Assembly: GCA_030390025.1 (NCBI GenBank)
Contig: CM059431.1
Location: 107,758,001 to 107,822,000, forward strand
Origin: Squalus acanthias
Lineage: Eukaryota
DNA length: 64,000 nt
Direction of reading: 5' to 3'
How positions within the stretch are numbered: position 1 is the first letter of the stretch; every line of letters begins with the position of its first letter. The notes under the pieces are model-generated. The model was not told the origin of the DNA, did no database searches, and saw only the letters and a program-made list of their open reading frames with translations. The position numbers and the translations under genes are program-made. Below, piece after piece: positions 1 to 12,399 of this stretch.

Positions 1-149
1 TTGGACTGGCTCATGGTGGATGTAAAACGCATTGTGAAGAGTACAGAGATCTGATAGATGTGTCAAAAATTAAGTCTGGCAAACTCATTTGAATATCTGT
101 GTTGCTTTGTATTTGACCGACTGTACTTGGTAAATCTTTTTATAAAGAT

Positions 150-580
150 GTGTCAGGAGGTTGTGGGTTCAAGTCCCACACCAGAGACATGAGCATAAAA
201 ATCTAGGCTGACACTCCAGGGGAGTGCAAAGGGAGAGCTGTACTGTTGGAGGTGCCGTCTTTTGGATGAGATTTTAAACCGAGGCCCGGTCTGCTCTCTC
301 AGGTGGACGTAAAAGATGGCACTATTTCGAAGAAGAGCAGGGGAGTTATCCCCGGAGTTATTCCCAGTGTCCTGGCCAATATCGATCCCTCAATCAACAT
401 AACAAAAACAGATTATCTGGTCATTATCACATTGCTGTTTGTGGGAGCTTGCTTTGTGCAATTGACTGCCACGTTTCCCACATTACAACAGTGACTACAC
501 TTCAAAGTTACTTAATTGGTTGTAAAGAGCTTTGGGAATGTCCTGAGGTCATGAAAGGCGCTATAGAAATGCAAGTCTTT
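150..580 (+). mobile_element. DeuSINE-type (SacSINE1/AmnSINE1-like) SINE, 5' partly decayed
   Basis: Contains a B-box-like GGTTCAAGTCCC, the Deu-domain-like GGTGCCGTCTTTTGGATGAGA..TTAAACCGAGGCCC and an L2-like tail AAAGGCGCTATAGAAATGCAAGTC. It matches copies at 17.0, 23.4 and 46.5 kb. Confidence 0.8.
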
Positions 581-928
581 CTGGTGGTGCATATAGGTAC
601 CAACGATATAGGTAAAAAACGGGATGAAGTCCTAAAAGCTGAATATAGGGAGTTCGGAGGTAAATTAAAAAATAGGACCTCAAAGGTAGTAATCTCAGGA
701 TTGCTACCAGTGCCATGTACTAGTCAGAGTAGAAATAGAAGGATATTTCAGCTGAATACGCGGCTAGAAGAATGGTACAAGGGGGAGGGATTCAAATTCC
801 TGGGACATTGGAACCGGTTCTGGGGGAGGTGGGACCAGTACAAACTGGACGGTTTGCACCTGGGCAGGACCGGGACAAATGTCCTAGGGGGAGTGTTTTC
901 TAGTGCTGTTGGGGAGGGTTTAAACTAA
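581..928 (+). pseudogene. CR1 ORF1 C-terminus, SGNH/GDSL esterase domain
   Basis: Motifs VVHIGTND, VVISGLLP and DGLHL are present. Confidence 0.85.
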
Positions 929-1126
929 AATGGCAGGGGGTTGGGAACCTGTGCAGGGAGACAGAGGAAAGGGAAGCAAGGATAGAAGCAAAAGACAGGA
1001 CGGAGAAAAGCAAAAGTGGAAGTCAGAGAAATCAAGGGTGTAAATCAAACATGGCCACAGTAAACAATAATTCTAAAAGGACTAAGAGTGTTAAAAAAAC
1101 AAGCCTGAAGGCTTTGTGTCTTTAAT

Positions 1127-3913
1127 ATGAGGAGCATTCGCAATAAGGTGGCTGAATTAGCTGCGCAAATAGATGTAAATGGATATGATATAATTGGGAT
1201 TACGGAGACATGGCTCCAGGGTGACCAAGGCTGGGAATTCAACATCCAGGGGTATTCAATATTCAGGAAGCACAGGCAAAAAGTAAAAGGAGGTGGGGTA
1301 GCATTGCTCGTCAAAGAGGAGATTAACACAATAGTAAGGAAGGATATTAGCTCTGATGATGTGGAATCTGTATGGGTAGAGCTGAGAAATACCAAGGGGC
1401 AGAAAACGTTAGTGGGAGTTGTATACAGAACCCCAAACAGTAATGCTGAGGTTGGGGATGGCATTAAATGGGACATTAGAGATGCGTGCAATAAGGGCAC
1501 AGCAGTTATCATGGGTGACTTTAATCTACATACAGATTGGACTAACCAAATTAGTAACAATACTGTGGAAGAGGAATTCCTAGAGTGTATACGGGATGGT
1601 TTCCTGGACCAATATGTCGAGGAACCAACTAGAGATCAGGCCATCTTAGACTGGGTATTATGTAATGAAAAAGGATTAATTAGCAATCTTGTTGTGCGAG
1701 GCCCCTTGGGTTGGAGCGATCATAATATGATAGAATTCTTCATTAAGATGGAGAGTGAAGTAGTTGACTCAGAGACTAGGGTCCTGAATTTAAATAAAGG
1801 AAACTGCGATGGTATGAGGCGCGAGTTGGCTAGGATGGATTGGGAAGCGTTACTTAAAGGGTTGACGGTGGATAGGCAATGGCAAACATTTAAAGATCGC
1901 ATGGATGAACTACAGAATTTGTTCATCCCTGTTTGGCATAAAAATAAAACAAAAAAGGTGACTCAACCGTGGCTAACAAGGGAAATTAGGGACAGCATAA
2001 GATCCAAGGAGAGGACATATAAATTGGCCAGAAAAAGCAGCAAACTTGAGGATTGGGAGCAGTTTAGAATTCAGCAAAGGAGGACAAAGGGATGAATTAA
2101 GAGGGGGAAAATAGAGTATGAGAGTAAGCTTCCAGGGAACATAAAAACTGACTGTAAAAGCTTCTATAGATATGTGAAGAGAAAAAGATTAGTGAAGTCA
2201 AGCGTAGGTCCCTTGCAGTCAGAATCAGGGGAATTTATAATCGGGAACAAAGAAATGGCAGACCAAATAAATACATATTTTGGTTCTGTCTTCACAAAGG
2301 AGGACACAAATAAACTCCCAGAGATGTCGGGGAACATAGGGTCTAATGAGAGGGAGGAATTGAATCAAATCAGTATTTGTAGGGAAATGGTGTTAGGGAA
2401 ATTGACAGGATTGAAGGTCGATAAATCTCCAGGACCTGATAATCTACATCCTAGGGTACTTAAGGAAGTGGCCCTAGAAATAGTAGATGCATTGCTGGTC
2501 ATCTTCCAAAATTCTATAGACTCTGGAACAGTACCCATGGATTGGAGGGTAGCTAATATAACCCCACTATTTAAAAAAGTTGGCAGAGAGAAAACGGGGA
2601 ATTATAGACTGGTAAGCCTGACATCGGTAGTGTGGAAAATGCTAGAGTCCATTATAAAAGATGTAATAGCAGAGCACTTGGAAAACAGTGACAGGATTGG
2701 ACAAAGTCAACATGGATTTACAAAAGGTAAATCATGCTTGACTAATCTACTGGAATTTTTTGAGGATGTAACTGGTAGAATAGATAAGGGAGAACAAGTG
2801 GATGTGGTGTATTTGGACTTTCAGAAGGCTTTCGATAAGGTCCCGCATAAGAGATTAGCGTGCAAAGTTAAAGCACATGGGATTGGGGGTAAGGTACTGA
2901 CTTGGATAGAAAACTGGTTGGCAGACAGGAAGCAAAGAGTTGGAATAAACGGGTCTTTTTCCAAGTGGCAGGCAGTGACTAGTGGGGTACCGCAGAGATC
3001 GGTGCTAGGACCCCAGTTATTCACAATATATATTAATGATCTAGACGAGGGAACTAGATGTAATATCTCCAAGTTTGCAGACAACACAAAGCTGGGTGGG
3101 CGTGTGTGTTGTGAGGAGGATGCAGAGAAACTCCAGTATGATTTGGACAGGTTGGGTGATTGGGCAGATGCACGACAGATGCAGTATAATGTGGATAAAT
3201 GCGAGGTTATCCACTTCGGTGGCAAAAACGTGAAGGCAGATTATTATCTGAACAGCAATAGATTGGGAAAAGGGGAAGTGCAACGAGACCTGGGTGTCCT
3301 TGTGCACCAGTCGCTGAAGGTAAGCATGCAGGTGCAGCAGGCAGTTAAGAAGGCAAATGGTATGTTGGCCTTCAAAGCGAGAGGATTCGAGTACAGGAGC
3401 AAGGATGTCTTGCTGCAGTTGTACAGGGCCTTGGTGAGACCACACCTTGAGTACTGTGTGCAGTTTTGGTCACCTTATCTGAGGAAGGATGTTCTTGCCA
3501 TGGAGGGAGTGCAGCGAAGATTCACCAGACTGATACCTGGGATGGCAGGAATGATGTATGTAGAGAGATTGGGTCGATTAGGCTTATATTCACTAGAGTT
3601 TAGAAGAATGAGAGGGGATCTCATTGAAACTTATAAAATTCTAACAGGACTAGACAGACTAGATGCAGGAAGGCTGTTGCCGATGGCGGGGGAGTCCAGA
3701 ACCAGGGGTCACAGTCTAAAGATAAGGGGTAAGCCATTTAGGACTGAGATGAGGAGGAATTTCTTCACCCAGAGAGTGGTGAACCTGTGGAATTCTCTAC
3801 CACAGAAGGCAGTTGAGGCCAATTCATTAAATATATTCAAGAAGGAGTTAGATATATTTCTTAAGTCTAAGGGGATCAAGGGATATGGGGAGAAAGCAGG
3901 GACAGGGTACTGA
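1127..3913 (+). pseudogene. CR1 ORF2 (APE endonuclease + reverse transcriptase), inactivated
   Basis: APE motifs GITETWL, MGDFN and SDHN, and RT motifs LDFQKAFD and GVPQ.SVLGP. There is an in-frame TGA at 2093-2095, and the catalytic FADD reads FADN. Confidence 0.92.
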
Positions 3914-4099
3914 ATTTGGATGATCAGCCATGATTGCATTGAATGGCGGAGCAGGCTTGAGGGGCAGAATGGCCTACTCCTGCTTCTATCTTCTATGTTT
4001 CTATGTTTCAAGAAAACACACTGCAAAAATGACTCAGCACAGGAAAAGGTTGTGCATTTAACATACTGATCTGAAGAAAAGAAGCCAGGTAGAAGCAAT

Positions 4100-4239
4100 A
4101 AACAACAACATTTATTTAGTGCCTTTAACGTAGTAAAAGGTGCCAAGGTGCTTAACTGGAGCGTTATCTGACAAAATTTGCCACCGAGCCACCTAAGGAG
4201 ATATTAGGACAGGTGACCAAAAGCTTGGTCAAAGACCTA
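4100..4239 (-). mobile_element. L2-type LINE 3' end, part 1 (split by a Harbinger derivative)
   Basis: Has a (CAA)n tail and matches uninterrupted copies such as 62637-63065. The sequence resumes at 9455. Confidence 0.8.
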
Positions 4240-4509
4240 GGCCGCAATTTTGCTGACCTCGGCGGGTCCATGGTGGGCGATGGCGGTGGCGGGTCCCGAC
4301 CCCGCTGCTGGCTCCATCCCGGCCTCTGAACTGAATTTCCCTTGATTGGGCTTGTTAAGCCCGCCCAGCACGTTCGCCGACCAATTAGAGGAAGCGGGTC
4401 TGGTGACGTCATTTGATGATGCGTCATCAGCCGGTTTCCTTAAAGGGACCATGTCCAAATTTATTTTGTCATTTGTGCTGTCAGTGTTCTCCAGCATTGA
4501 GGTGCTGCA

Positions 4510-4760
4510 AACACTGACAATCACTGCACAGAGGTGCAGGGCTGCCCCCAGGCTCTCCCATGACTCCCTCCATATGCTTATGGAGAGAGTCACTGCACGC
4601 AGGGAGGTCCTTTTCCCTTCCCATGAGTGGAAGAGACCTCCCCAGGAGAACAACACAGCCTGCTTGCACATTGCAGAGGAGGGCACAAGCAGGGATGTCG
4701 TCAGGAGGACCTGGGTGTAGTGCCGCAAACATTTCAATGATCTCAGTAGAACACGAAACG
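4510..4760 (+). pseudogene. Harbinger Myb/SANT-like DNA-binding ORF fragment
   Basis: Translation RAAPRLSHDSLHMLMERVTARREVLFP...RRTWV*CRKHFNDL. Confidence 0.75.
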
Positions 4761-4844
4761 TTAGTACAAAGTCACACTCAACCTCATCCTGCTGTGTCAC
4801 TCATCACATCCCCATCACTTTGCCTTCCCTACCCTATTCCTGCA

Positions 4845-7800
4845 ATAAGAGATGAGATCAGTGCAGTAGTGAGAAATAATATTGGCTTGGAAGATCACGA
4901 CGTAGAATCTGTTTGGGTGGAGATAAGTAATAATAAGGGTAAGAAGTCACTGGTGGGAGTGCTCTACAGGCCCCCAAACAGTAGCCACACTGTAGGACAG
5001 AGTATAAATCAAGAAATAATAGAGGCTTGTAAGAAAGGTACGGCTATAATCATGGGAGATTTTAATCTTCATATTGATTGGACAAAGCAAATTGGTAAAG
5101 GTAGACTTGAGGACGAGTTCTTAGACTATATGCGGGATGGTTTCTTGGAACAATACATTGTGGAACCAACCAGGGAGCAGACTATTTTAGATCTGGTAAT
5201 GTCTAACGAGGCTGGATTAATTAATGAGTTCGAAGTGAAGGATCCTCTTGGGAAGAGTGATCATAGCATGGTAGAATTTCAAATTCAGTTTGAGGGTGAG
5301 AAAGCTAGGTCTCAAAATAGTGTCCTGAACTTAAATAAAGGTAATTACAAAGGTATGAAGGCATACTTGGTTAAAGTGGACTGGCAAAATATATTACAGG
5401 GTAAGACTGTGGAAAAGCAGTGGCAAACATTTAAGGAGATATTTCATAACTCTCATAAGAACATAAAAAATAGGAGCAGGAGTAGGCCATTCGGCCCTTC
5501 GAGCCTGCTCCGCCTTTCAATGAGATCATGGCTGATCTTCTACCTCAACTCCATTGCCCGGCCCTATCATCATATCCCTTGATGCCCTTACTAGTCAGAA
5601 ATCTATTGACTTCTGTTTTGAATATGCCCAATGACTGAGCCTCCACAGCCCTCTGGGGTAGAGAATTCCAAAGATTCACCACCCTCTGTGTGAAGAAATT
5701 TCTTCTTATCTCAGTCCTGATTGGCCTACCCATTATCTTGAGGCTGAAGCCCCTGGTTCTAGACTCCCCAGCCAAGGGAAACATTCTCCCAGCATCAGCC
5801 CTATTAAGCCCTGTAATAATTTTGTATGCTTCAATGAGATCCCCTCTCATTCTTCTGAATTCAAGAGAATACAGGACTAGTTTACTCAATCTCTTCTCAT
5901 ATGACAGTCCCGCCATCCCAGGAATCAATCTCGTGAACCTTCGTTGCACTCCCTCTATGGCAAGTATATCCTTCCTTAGGTAAGGAGACCAAAATTGTGT
6001 ACAGTACTCCAGGTGTGGTCTCACCAAGGCCTTATATAATTGGAGTAACACTTCTTTACTCCTGTACTCAAATCCTCTTGTAATGAAGGCCAGAATATCA
6101 TTTGCCTTCTTAATAGCTTACTGCACCTGCACATTCACTTTCAGTGACTCATGTACAAGAACACCCAGGTCCCATTGAGCATCTGCATTCCCCAATCTTT
6201 CACCATTTAGGAAATACTCTGTTTTTTCTACCAAAGTGGATAACTTCACATTTATCCACATTATATTTCAGCAAAGATATATTCCAGTGAGAAAGAAAGA
6301 CTCTAAGAGAAGGATGGACCATCCGTGGCTAACTAAGGAAGTAAAGGATGGTATCAAATTGAAAACAAAAGCATACAATTTTGCGAAGAATAGTGGAAGG
6401 CCAGAGGATTGGGAAATTTTTAAAAACCAGCAAAGGACGACTAAAAAAATGATAAATAACTTATGAGAGTAAGCTAGCAAAAAATATAAAAACAGACAGT
6501 AAGAGCTTCTACAGGTATATAAAAAGGAAAAGAGTAGCTAAAGTCTATGTTGGTCCCCTAGAGGATGAGTCTGGGGGATTAAAAATGGGAAACAGGGAAA
6601 TGGCGGAGACTTTGAACAAATATTCACGGTAGAAGACACTAAAAGCATCCCAATAATGGATAATCAAGGGGCTATTGGGGGTGGTGGGGGAGCGCAAAAC
6701 AATCACTATCACTAGAGAAAAAGTATGAAGCAAACAAATGGGACTAAAGGTGGACAAGTCCCCTGGACCCGATGGCCTGCATTCTAGGATCTTAAAAGAG
6801 GCGGCTGCAGAGATACTGGATGCATTGGTTGTAATCTACCAAAATTCCCTGGATTGTGGAGAGGTCCCAGCGGACTGGAAAACCGCAAATGTTATGCTCC
6901 TATTTAAGAAAGGAGGGAGACAGAAAGCAGGCAACAATAGACCAGTTAGCCTAACATCTGTCATTGGGAAAATGCTGGAGTCCGTCATTAAGGAAGTGAT
7001 AGCAGGAAATTTAGAAAATCATAATATCGTCAAGCAGAGTCAGCATGGTTTTATGAAAGGGAAATCATGTTTGACAAATTTGCTGGCGTTCTTTGAGGAT
7101 GTAACGAGTAGGGTGGATAAAGGGGAAACAGTAGATGTCGTGTATTTGGATTTCCAGAAGGCATTTGATAAGGTGCCACATAAAAGGTTACTGCACAAGA
7201 TAAGAGCTCACGGGGTTGGGGGTAATGTATTAGCATGGATAGAGGATTGGCTAACTAACAGAAAACAGAGAGTCGGGATAAATGGGTCATTTTCAGGTTG
7301 TCAAACTGTAACTAGTGGGGTGCCGCAGGGATCAGTGCTGGGGCCTCAACTATGTACAATCTATGTTAATGACTTGGATGAAGGGACTGAGTGTAATGTA
7401 GTCAAATTTGCTGATGATACAAAGATAGGTGGGAAAGCAAATTGTGTGGAGGACACAAAGAATCACCAAAGGAATATAGATAGGCTAAGTGAGTGGGCAA
7501 AAATCTGGCAGATGGAGTATAATGTGGGAAAATGCGAGGTTATCCACATTGGTAGGAAAAATAAAAAAGCAAATTATTATTTAAATGGAGAGAGATTACA
7601 AAATGCTGAGGTACAGAGGGATCTGGGGGTCCTTGTACATGAATCACAAAAAGTTAGCATGCAGGTATAGTAAGTAATTAGGAAGGCAAATGGAATGATG
7701 GCCTTTATTGCAAAGGGAATGGAGTATAAAAGTAGGGAAATCCTGTTACAACTGTACAGGGGGTTGGCGAGACCACACCTGGAGTACTGCGTACAGTTTT

Positions 7801-8322
7801 GGTCTCCTTATTTAAGGAAGGATATACTTGCATTGGAGGCAGTTCAGAGAAGGTTCACGAGGTTGATTCCGGAGATGAAGGGGTTGTCTTATGAAGAAAG
7901 GTTGAGCAGGTTGGGCCTCTACTCATTGGAGTTTAGAAGAATGAGAGGGGATCTTAGTGAAACATATAAGATTCTGAAGGGGCTTGACAGGGTAGATGCA
8001 GAGAGGATGCTTCCCCTCATGGGGGAATCTAGAACTAGGGGGCATAATTTCAGAATAAGGGGGCACCCGTTTAAAATGGAAATGAGGAGGAATTTCTTCT
8101 CTCAGAGGGTCGTGAATTTTTGGAATTCTCTTCCCCAGAGAGCTGTGGAGGCTGGGTCATTGAATATATTTAAGGTGGAGATAGACAGATTTTTGAATGG
8201 TAAGGGAGTCAAGGGTTATGGGGAGCGGGCAGGGAAGTGGAGTTGATCTTACTGAATGGCGGATCAGGCTCGAGGGGCCAAATGACCTATTCCTGCTCCT
8301 ACGTCTTATGTTCTTATGTCTT
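4845..8322 (+). mobile_element. CR1 LINE (ORF2 fragments), inserted into the Harbinger derivative
   Basis: APE and RT (KFADDTK) ORFs with a CTTATGTT tail. The flanks rejoin the Harbinger sequence CCTGCA|..ATCCTTACTCACACC. Confidence 0.92.
5456..6267 (-). mobile_element. CR1 3' fragment inserted antisense inside another CR1
   Basis: ORF 5545-6051 (RPHLEYC...W) with its tail at ~5456. The host CR1 resumes at TCAGCAAAG. Confidence 0.9.
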
Positions 8323-8715
8323 ATATATCCTTACTCACACCAACTTACCTTGCACCTCCACCCATCCTTCTCTATCTACATTATCACTTCCCCATCTCAC
8401 TAGCCACCTGTCGCACACACCATCATCCTAGTCCAATCATACCACCTAACAACACACAAGGGTAGGCACTTGGGTTTTTTATCCAATGTTCATGTAAAGT
8501 TTCTGTTAATATGCTGTCAAACATTGAAACCTTTATTTTCAACACTTTCTGCTTTTGGACAGATTTGTGTGCACTTTTGGAAGTGGCTTAGTGGGTTGTA
8601 GTGAATGATAAGAAATAACGGTACCCAACACAATGGTGATGAGTGTGAAAGTAATGGCTTGGACATTGTAGGGATGCTTTATGGTGTTGGCGTGGGGTGG
8701 TGCCAACCTGGCGCA

Positions 8716-8940
8716 TCACGTGGCAGCTAGGGTGTTCCGTGTCAAGTGAAGTAAATCTGGCCATGGTGAGGCCATCCCTGACCTCCCGGGCAGGAACATG
8801 CTCGGGTGCTGATGCCCTTTGTCCTGTGCAGCATCAGGTGATTGCGGAGAAGGTTGGTGGTGTTGTTGGTGCTGCTGGTGTTGGGGCTGATCGTGGTGGG
8901 ATTCTGAGGACCAAGGTGAGAGAATATAAAGGGCACCCAT
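8716..8940 (-). other. Small His/Gln-rich ORF of the Harbinger derivative (74 aa)
   Basis: MGALYILSPWSSESHHDQPQHQQ...LAAT*. A homologous ORF lies at 24676-24918 and a stop-interrupted copy at ~42470-42710. Confidence 0.4.
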
Positions 8941-9454
8941 GCTGATGGAATAGATGGCATGTGAAGTAGAGATGACAGAAGCGATCTGTCAATGGTGAGA
9001 GAGGTAATGAGGTCAGACTGGATGGAGAATTGTGTAAAGACTTGCAGCATGCTGAATCTGTGCTGGAAATGCAGTGAGGAAGAGTTTGTGGCTGAGGGAA
9101 GATATCTCTGTAAGGTGGGAGCTTTTACTTTACATTTGAAGCTGTCAACTCAACAGCTGATTCAATGGCCACTGAACTCTCACCTCAGCTTGACAGACGT
9201 GGTCCACGACCAGCGTGGACCCCATGGGCGAGCTGTCAAATGCAAAAGATAAGCTGAAAATCAAGTGGCTCTCAACAAGCCACTAATTACCTGAATTGGG
9301 TCCCCGCCGCTGCGTGTCGGGTCTGTCAGCGGTGAGCAGACCCGACATTGGGAAAGGCACGTGGCAGCGGGGTTCTGACCTGCTGGGGAAAAAAAACACT
9401 TTACCACCTGACCCACCACCGATTGCACCCACTGAACCCTGGCAAATTCCGGCT

Positions 9455-9645
9455 GTAGGTTTTGAGGAGTGTCTGAAAGGAGGAAAGTGAGGTGGAGATG
9501 CTGAGAGGTTTAGGGAGGGAATTCCAGAGTTCAGGACCCAGGCAGCTGAAGGCTCGGCCGCCAATGGTGGAGTGATGAAAATCAGGGATGCGTAAGAGGC
9601 CCAAATTGAAGGAACGCAGAGATCTCGGAGGGTTGTGAGGCTGGA
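9455..9645 (-). mobile_element. L2-type LINE 3' end, part 2
   Basis: Continues GTAGGTTTTGAGGAG and encodes the GGRAFS..GP.LWNSLP motif on the minus strand. Confidence 0.8.
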
Positions 9646-9973
9646 GTTGATGGTCGTCGTCAGTGTCTCAGCTCCACTTCCACCCTTTGTCCCTGACCTA
9701 GACAATTTCTGAATTTGAAAAGAAAGTGGGTGATTGAGTTTAAGATACAATTCATTACTGCCTAAGAAAAATAGCCACTATTTCCCCTTATTACACCTGC
9801 CCTTTCATAACCCACTGGTCCATCCAGCAGTCATCCATATAACAATTGTGCAGACAAGTTATTTATTTTTAACCCCTTAAATTTCATTGAGATTTCTGCA
9901 GCTATCCCTTGCATTGTGAAAAGGTAATTAGGGGATATTCCACAGAAATACATAGGCCGTTTTTGTTTGCATC

Positions 9974-10290
9974 TTTTTTTTTATTCGTTACTGCGATGTG
10001 GGCATCGCTGGCAAGGCCAGCATTTATTGCCCATCCCTAATTGTCCTTGAGAAGTTGGTGGTGAGCTGCCTTCTTGAACCGCTGCAGACCGTGTGGCGAA
10101 GGTCCTCCCACAGTGCTGTTAGGGAGTGAGTTCCAGGACTTTGACCCAAAAACTATGAAGAAACGGCAATATATTTCCAAGTCAGGATGGAGTGTGACTT
10201 GGAGGGGAACTTGGAGGTGGTGGTCTTCCCATGTGCCTGCTGCCCTTGTCCTTCTAGGTGGTAGAGGTCGTGGGTTTGGGAGGTGCAGTT
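9974..10290 (-). mobile_element. 3' fragment of second LINE family (family B)
   Basis: Reverse complement of 30090-30362, with an A-rich tail. Confidence 0.85.
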
Positions 10291-10859
10291 AACTATATAT
10301 TATAATGCTGCCAATATCTACTCCTCTAAAAAAATTTGGAGTGTTTGAGCTGGTGGTAATAGTGGTTTGCAAACACACACAAGAGACACTCACCTACTCA
10401 GAGTACAAATTCAGCTCTCCAAAAGTAAACAAAGCTAAAAGGCCACATCAAGAATCCAGGTTAAATACGTCAACAACCAATTGCAGTAAATTTGAATTTC
10501 TAGAGCTTGGCGTTCAGTCCATTTAGAAATGTTTATTATATTATATGCAGTGACGCTCAATAAAGACATCTTGTCAATCTTGAAGGACAAAAGTGTTTAG
10601 ATTTGTAGCAGGGACCTGTATTAAGACGAGTTAAATAAAACTGTGAATACAGATGAAGTACAAGAACAAGCGTCATAACCCCATCTACTGATTTCCTGGA
10701 GCAATTGCTGCTAAGAATTGGTAATCCATTTTCGCAATCCACTGCTTTTTGCTTAAGACCATACCCTATAATCACATAGCTTTTTGCAGGTCTGCTAACA
10801 TATCCATTTTTTTTTTCTGAACCAATTATTTATCAAAATATTTTTGTTACCTAACCTTA

Positions 10860-11130
10860 ATTAAATAAAAAAATATAACAACAGAAAGTGCTGGAAACAC
10901 TCAGCATCGAGGAGAGAGAAACAGAATCAACGGTTCTGGTCGAACCCTTCGTCAGAACTGGAAAAAGTTAGGGAGGAGAGATTTCTAAGCAGGGGCAGGG
11001 AGGAGGGGAGGAAAGTACAAAGGGAAGCTCTGTGGTAGGATGGAAGGCAGGAGAGATTGAATGACAAAAGGGATGATAGTGCAAGGCAAAAGGAGAGGTA
11101 ATGGGACAAGTTAAGAAACAAAAGATTGTT
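10860..11130 (-). mobile_element. Penelope-derived terminal repeat with a degenerate hammerhead motif
   Basis: The minus strand reads AGTT-CTGACGA-AGGGTTCGACCA-GAACCGTT-GATT. Related sequence lies at 44177-44244, 46105-46180 and 31243-31305. Confidence 0.5.
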
Positions 11131-11199
11131 TTGATTTTGCAGATTCTTTGTGAGATAACCATAAATAAGATTGGAGGGCATAATAATGTCTGGCACAGT

Positions 11200-11355
11200 C
11201 ATAGAATCATAGAAATTTATGGCACAGAAGGAGGCCATTCGGCCCATCCTGTCCGCGCCGGCTGAAAAAGAGCCACCCAGCCTAATCCCACTTTCCAACT
11301 CTTGGTCCGTAGCCTTGTAGGTTACGGCTCTTCAAGTGCACATCCAAGTACTTTT
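11200..11355 (-). mobile_element. CR1 3' UTR fragment
   Basis: Has a CATAGAATCATAGAA tail and matches the copies starting at 27218 and 38528. Confidence 0.8.
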
Positions 11356-11539
11356 TATTATTGTCTTTGATAGAATACATCAATTTCTCTGACGTTAACT
11401 ATTTACAAGAATTTTCAATTTGAAATTGAAATACGAGAATGTTCATAGCCATATTGTATCAAGTGTCACGTGCGTCAAAATTAAAATTTAGTTCAGCAAA
11501 AGTAAGTGGTACAAGATATCACAGACATCCTACATGAGT

Positions 11540-11945
11540 TTTTTTTCATTCATTCACATGATGTGGATGTCGTCGGCAAGGCCAGCATTTATTGCCCATT
11601 CCTAATTGCCCCCGAGAAGGTGGTGGTGAGCCGCCTTCTTGAATACAACTGAGTGGCTTTGCTAGGCCATTTCAGAGGGCAGTTAGGAGTCAACCACATT
11701 GCTGTGGGTCTGGAGTCACATATAGGCCAGACCGGGTAAGGACGGCAGATTTCCTTCTCTAAAGGACATTAGTGAACCAAATGGATTTTTACGACAATCT
11801 GGTCATTACTGATATTAGCTTTTTATTCCAGATTTATTTAAATTCCCCAACTGCCATGGTGCAATTTGAACTCATGTCTCCGGATTATTAGTCCAGGCCT
11901 CTGGATTACTAGTCCGGTAACATAATCACTATGGTACTGTACCCC
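11540..11945 (-). mobile_element. tRNA-derived SINE sharing its 3' tail with LINE family B
   Basis: tRNA-like head with GAGTTCAAAT. The tail CACCACCACCTTCTC..GGCAATTAGG.ATGGGCAATAAATGCTGGCC matches the family-B LINE end. A second copy lies at 35385-35806. Confidence 0.8.
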
Positions 11946-12399
11946 CTACATTAGGATCGGCTTTGGGGAGAAAGGAGATGTGTTCATGGAGTTCTATTGT
12001 AGAACTTGGGGCTAAATAGGCCTTTTGATTATTTTTCCTAAAAACAATGCCAACGTTTTCAGCAAGCCTTCTGTACTCTGACCTGAAAGTCTTCCTCCTG
12101 AAATCATCATAAATCTCAGAGCCTGTCACTGATTCCACATCATGTCCAAGTTGCCAGAATATATTTTGGTTTTGACTGGGAATATGTTATTGGACATTGG
12201 TGCCAGAGTGAAATTCCAAAATCAAGTGAGATTGTTCAGAATGTGCGTGAAACCTTACCTGTGATTGTCAAGGCGCAGAGGGCCTGGATGGTGGCGGACT
12301 GAATCAATCATGTGGGCAACCTCTCAGATGCCGTTGAATAGACAGCGCATTATTGCTTTTTTTTTCACTCTAAACATTTTTCTCAGGTTCAGCATCACC

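Larger units (their letters stand above)
581..4007 (+). mobile_element. CR1 LINE, 5'-truncated within ORF1
   Basis: ORF1 esterase end is followed by ORF2 (APE + RT), a 3' UTR and a (TTCTATGT)n-like tail. Confidence 0.95.
4240..9454. mobile_element. Non-autonomous PIF/Harbinger derivative (~1.7 kb) carrying nested CR1s
   Basis: Imperfect TIRs GGCCGCAATTTTGC / GGCAAATTCCGGCT. It is colinear, in reverse orientation, with 41974-43704 and contains a Myb/SANT fragment. Confidence 0.8.

Noticed and set aside
1045..1560. Antisense ORFs over LINEs (also 2821-3445, 39137-39736, 54210-54912)
   Set aside because: They are shadow frames of LINE coding sequence.
2174..3913. Intact active reverse transcriptase or a retron-like system
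   Set aside because: This is ordinary CR1 ORF2 with an upstream stop and FADN in place of FADD. There is no prokaryotic context.
4560..5582. 340-aa ORF that looks like a Myb-endonuclease fusion
   Set aside because: Its 5' part is not in the Myb frame. It is chance read-through across two insertion junctions.
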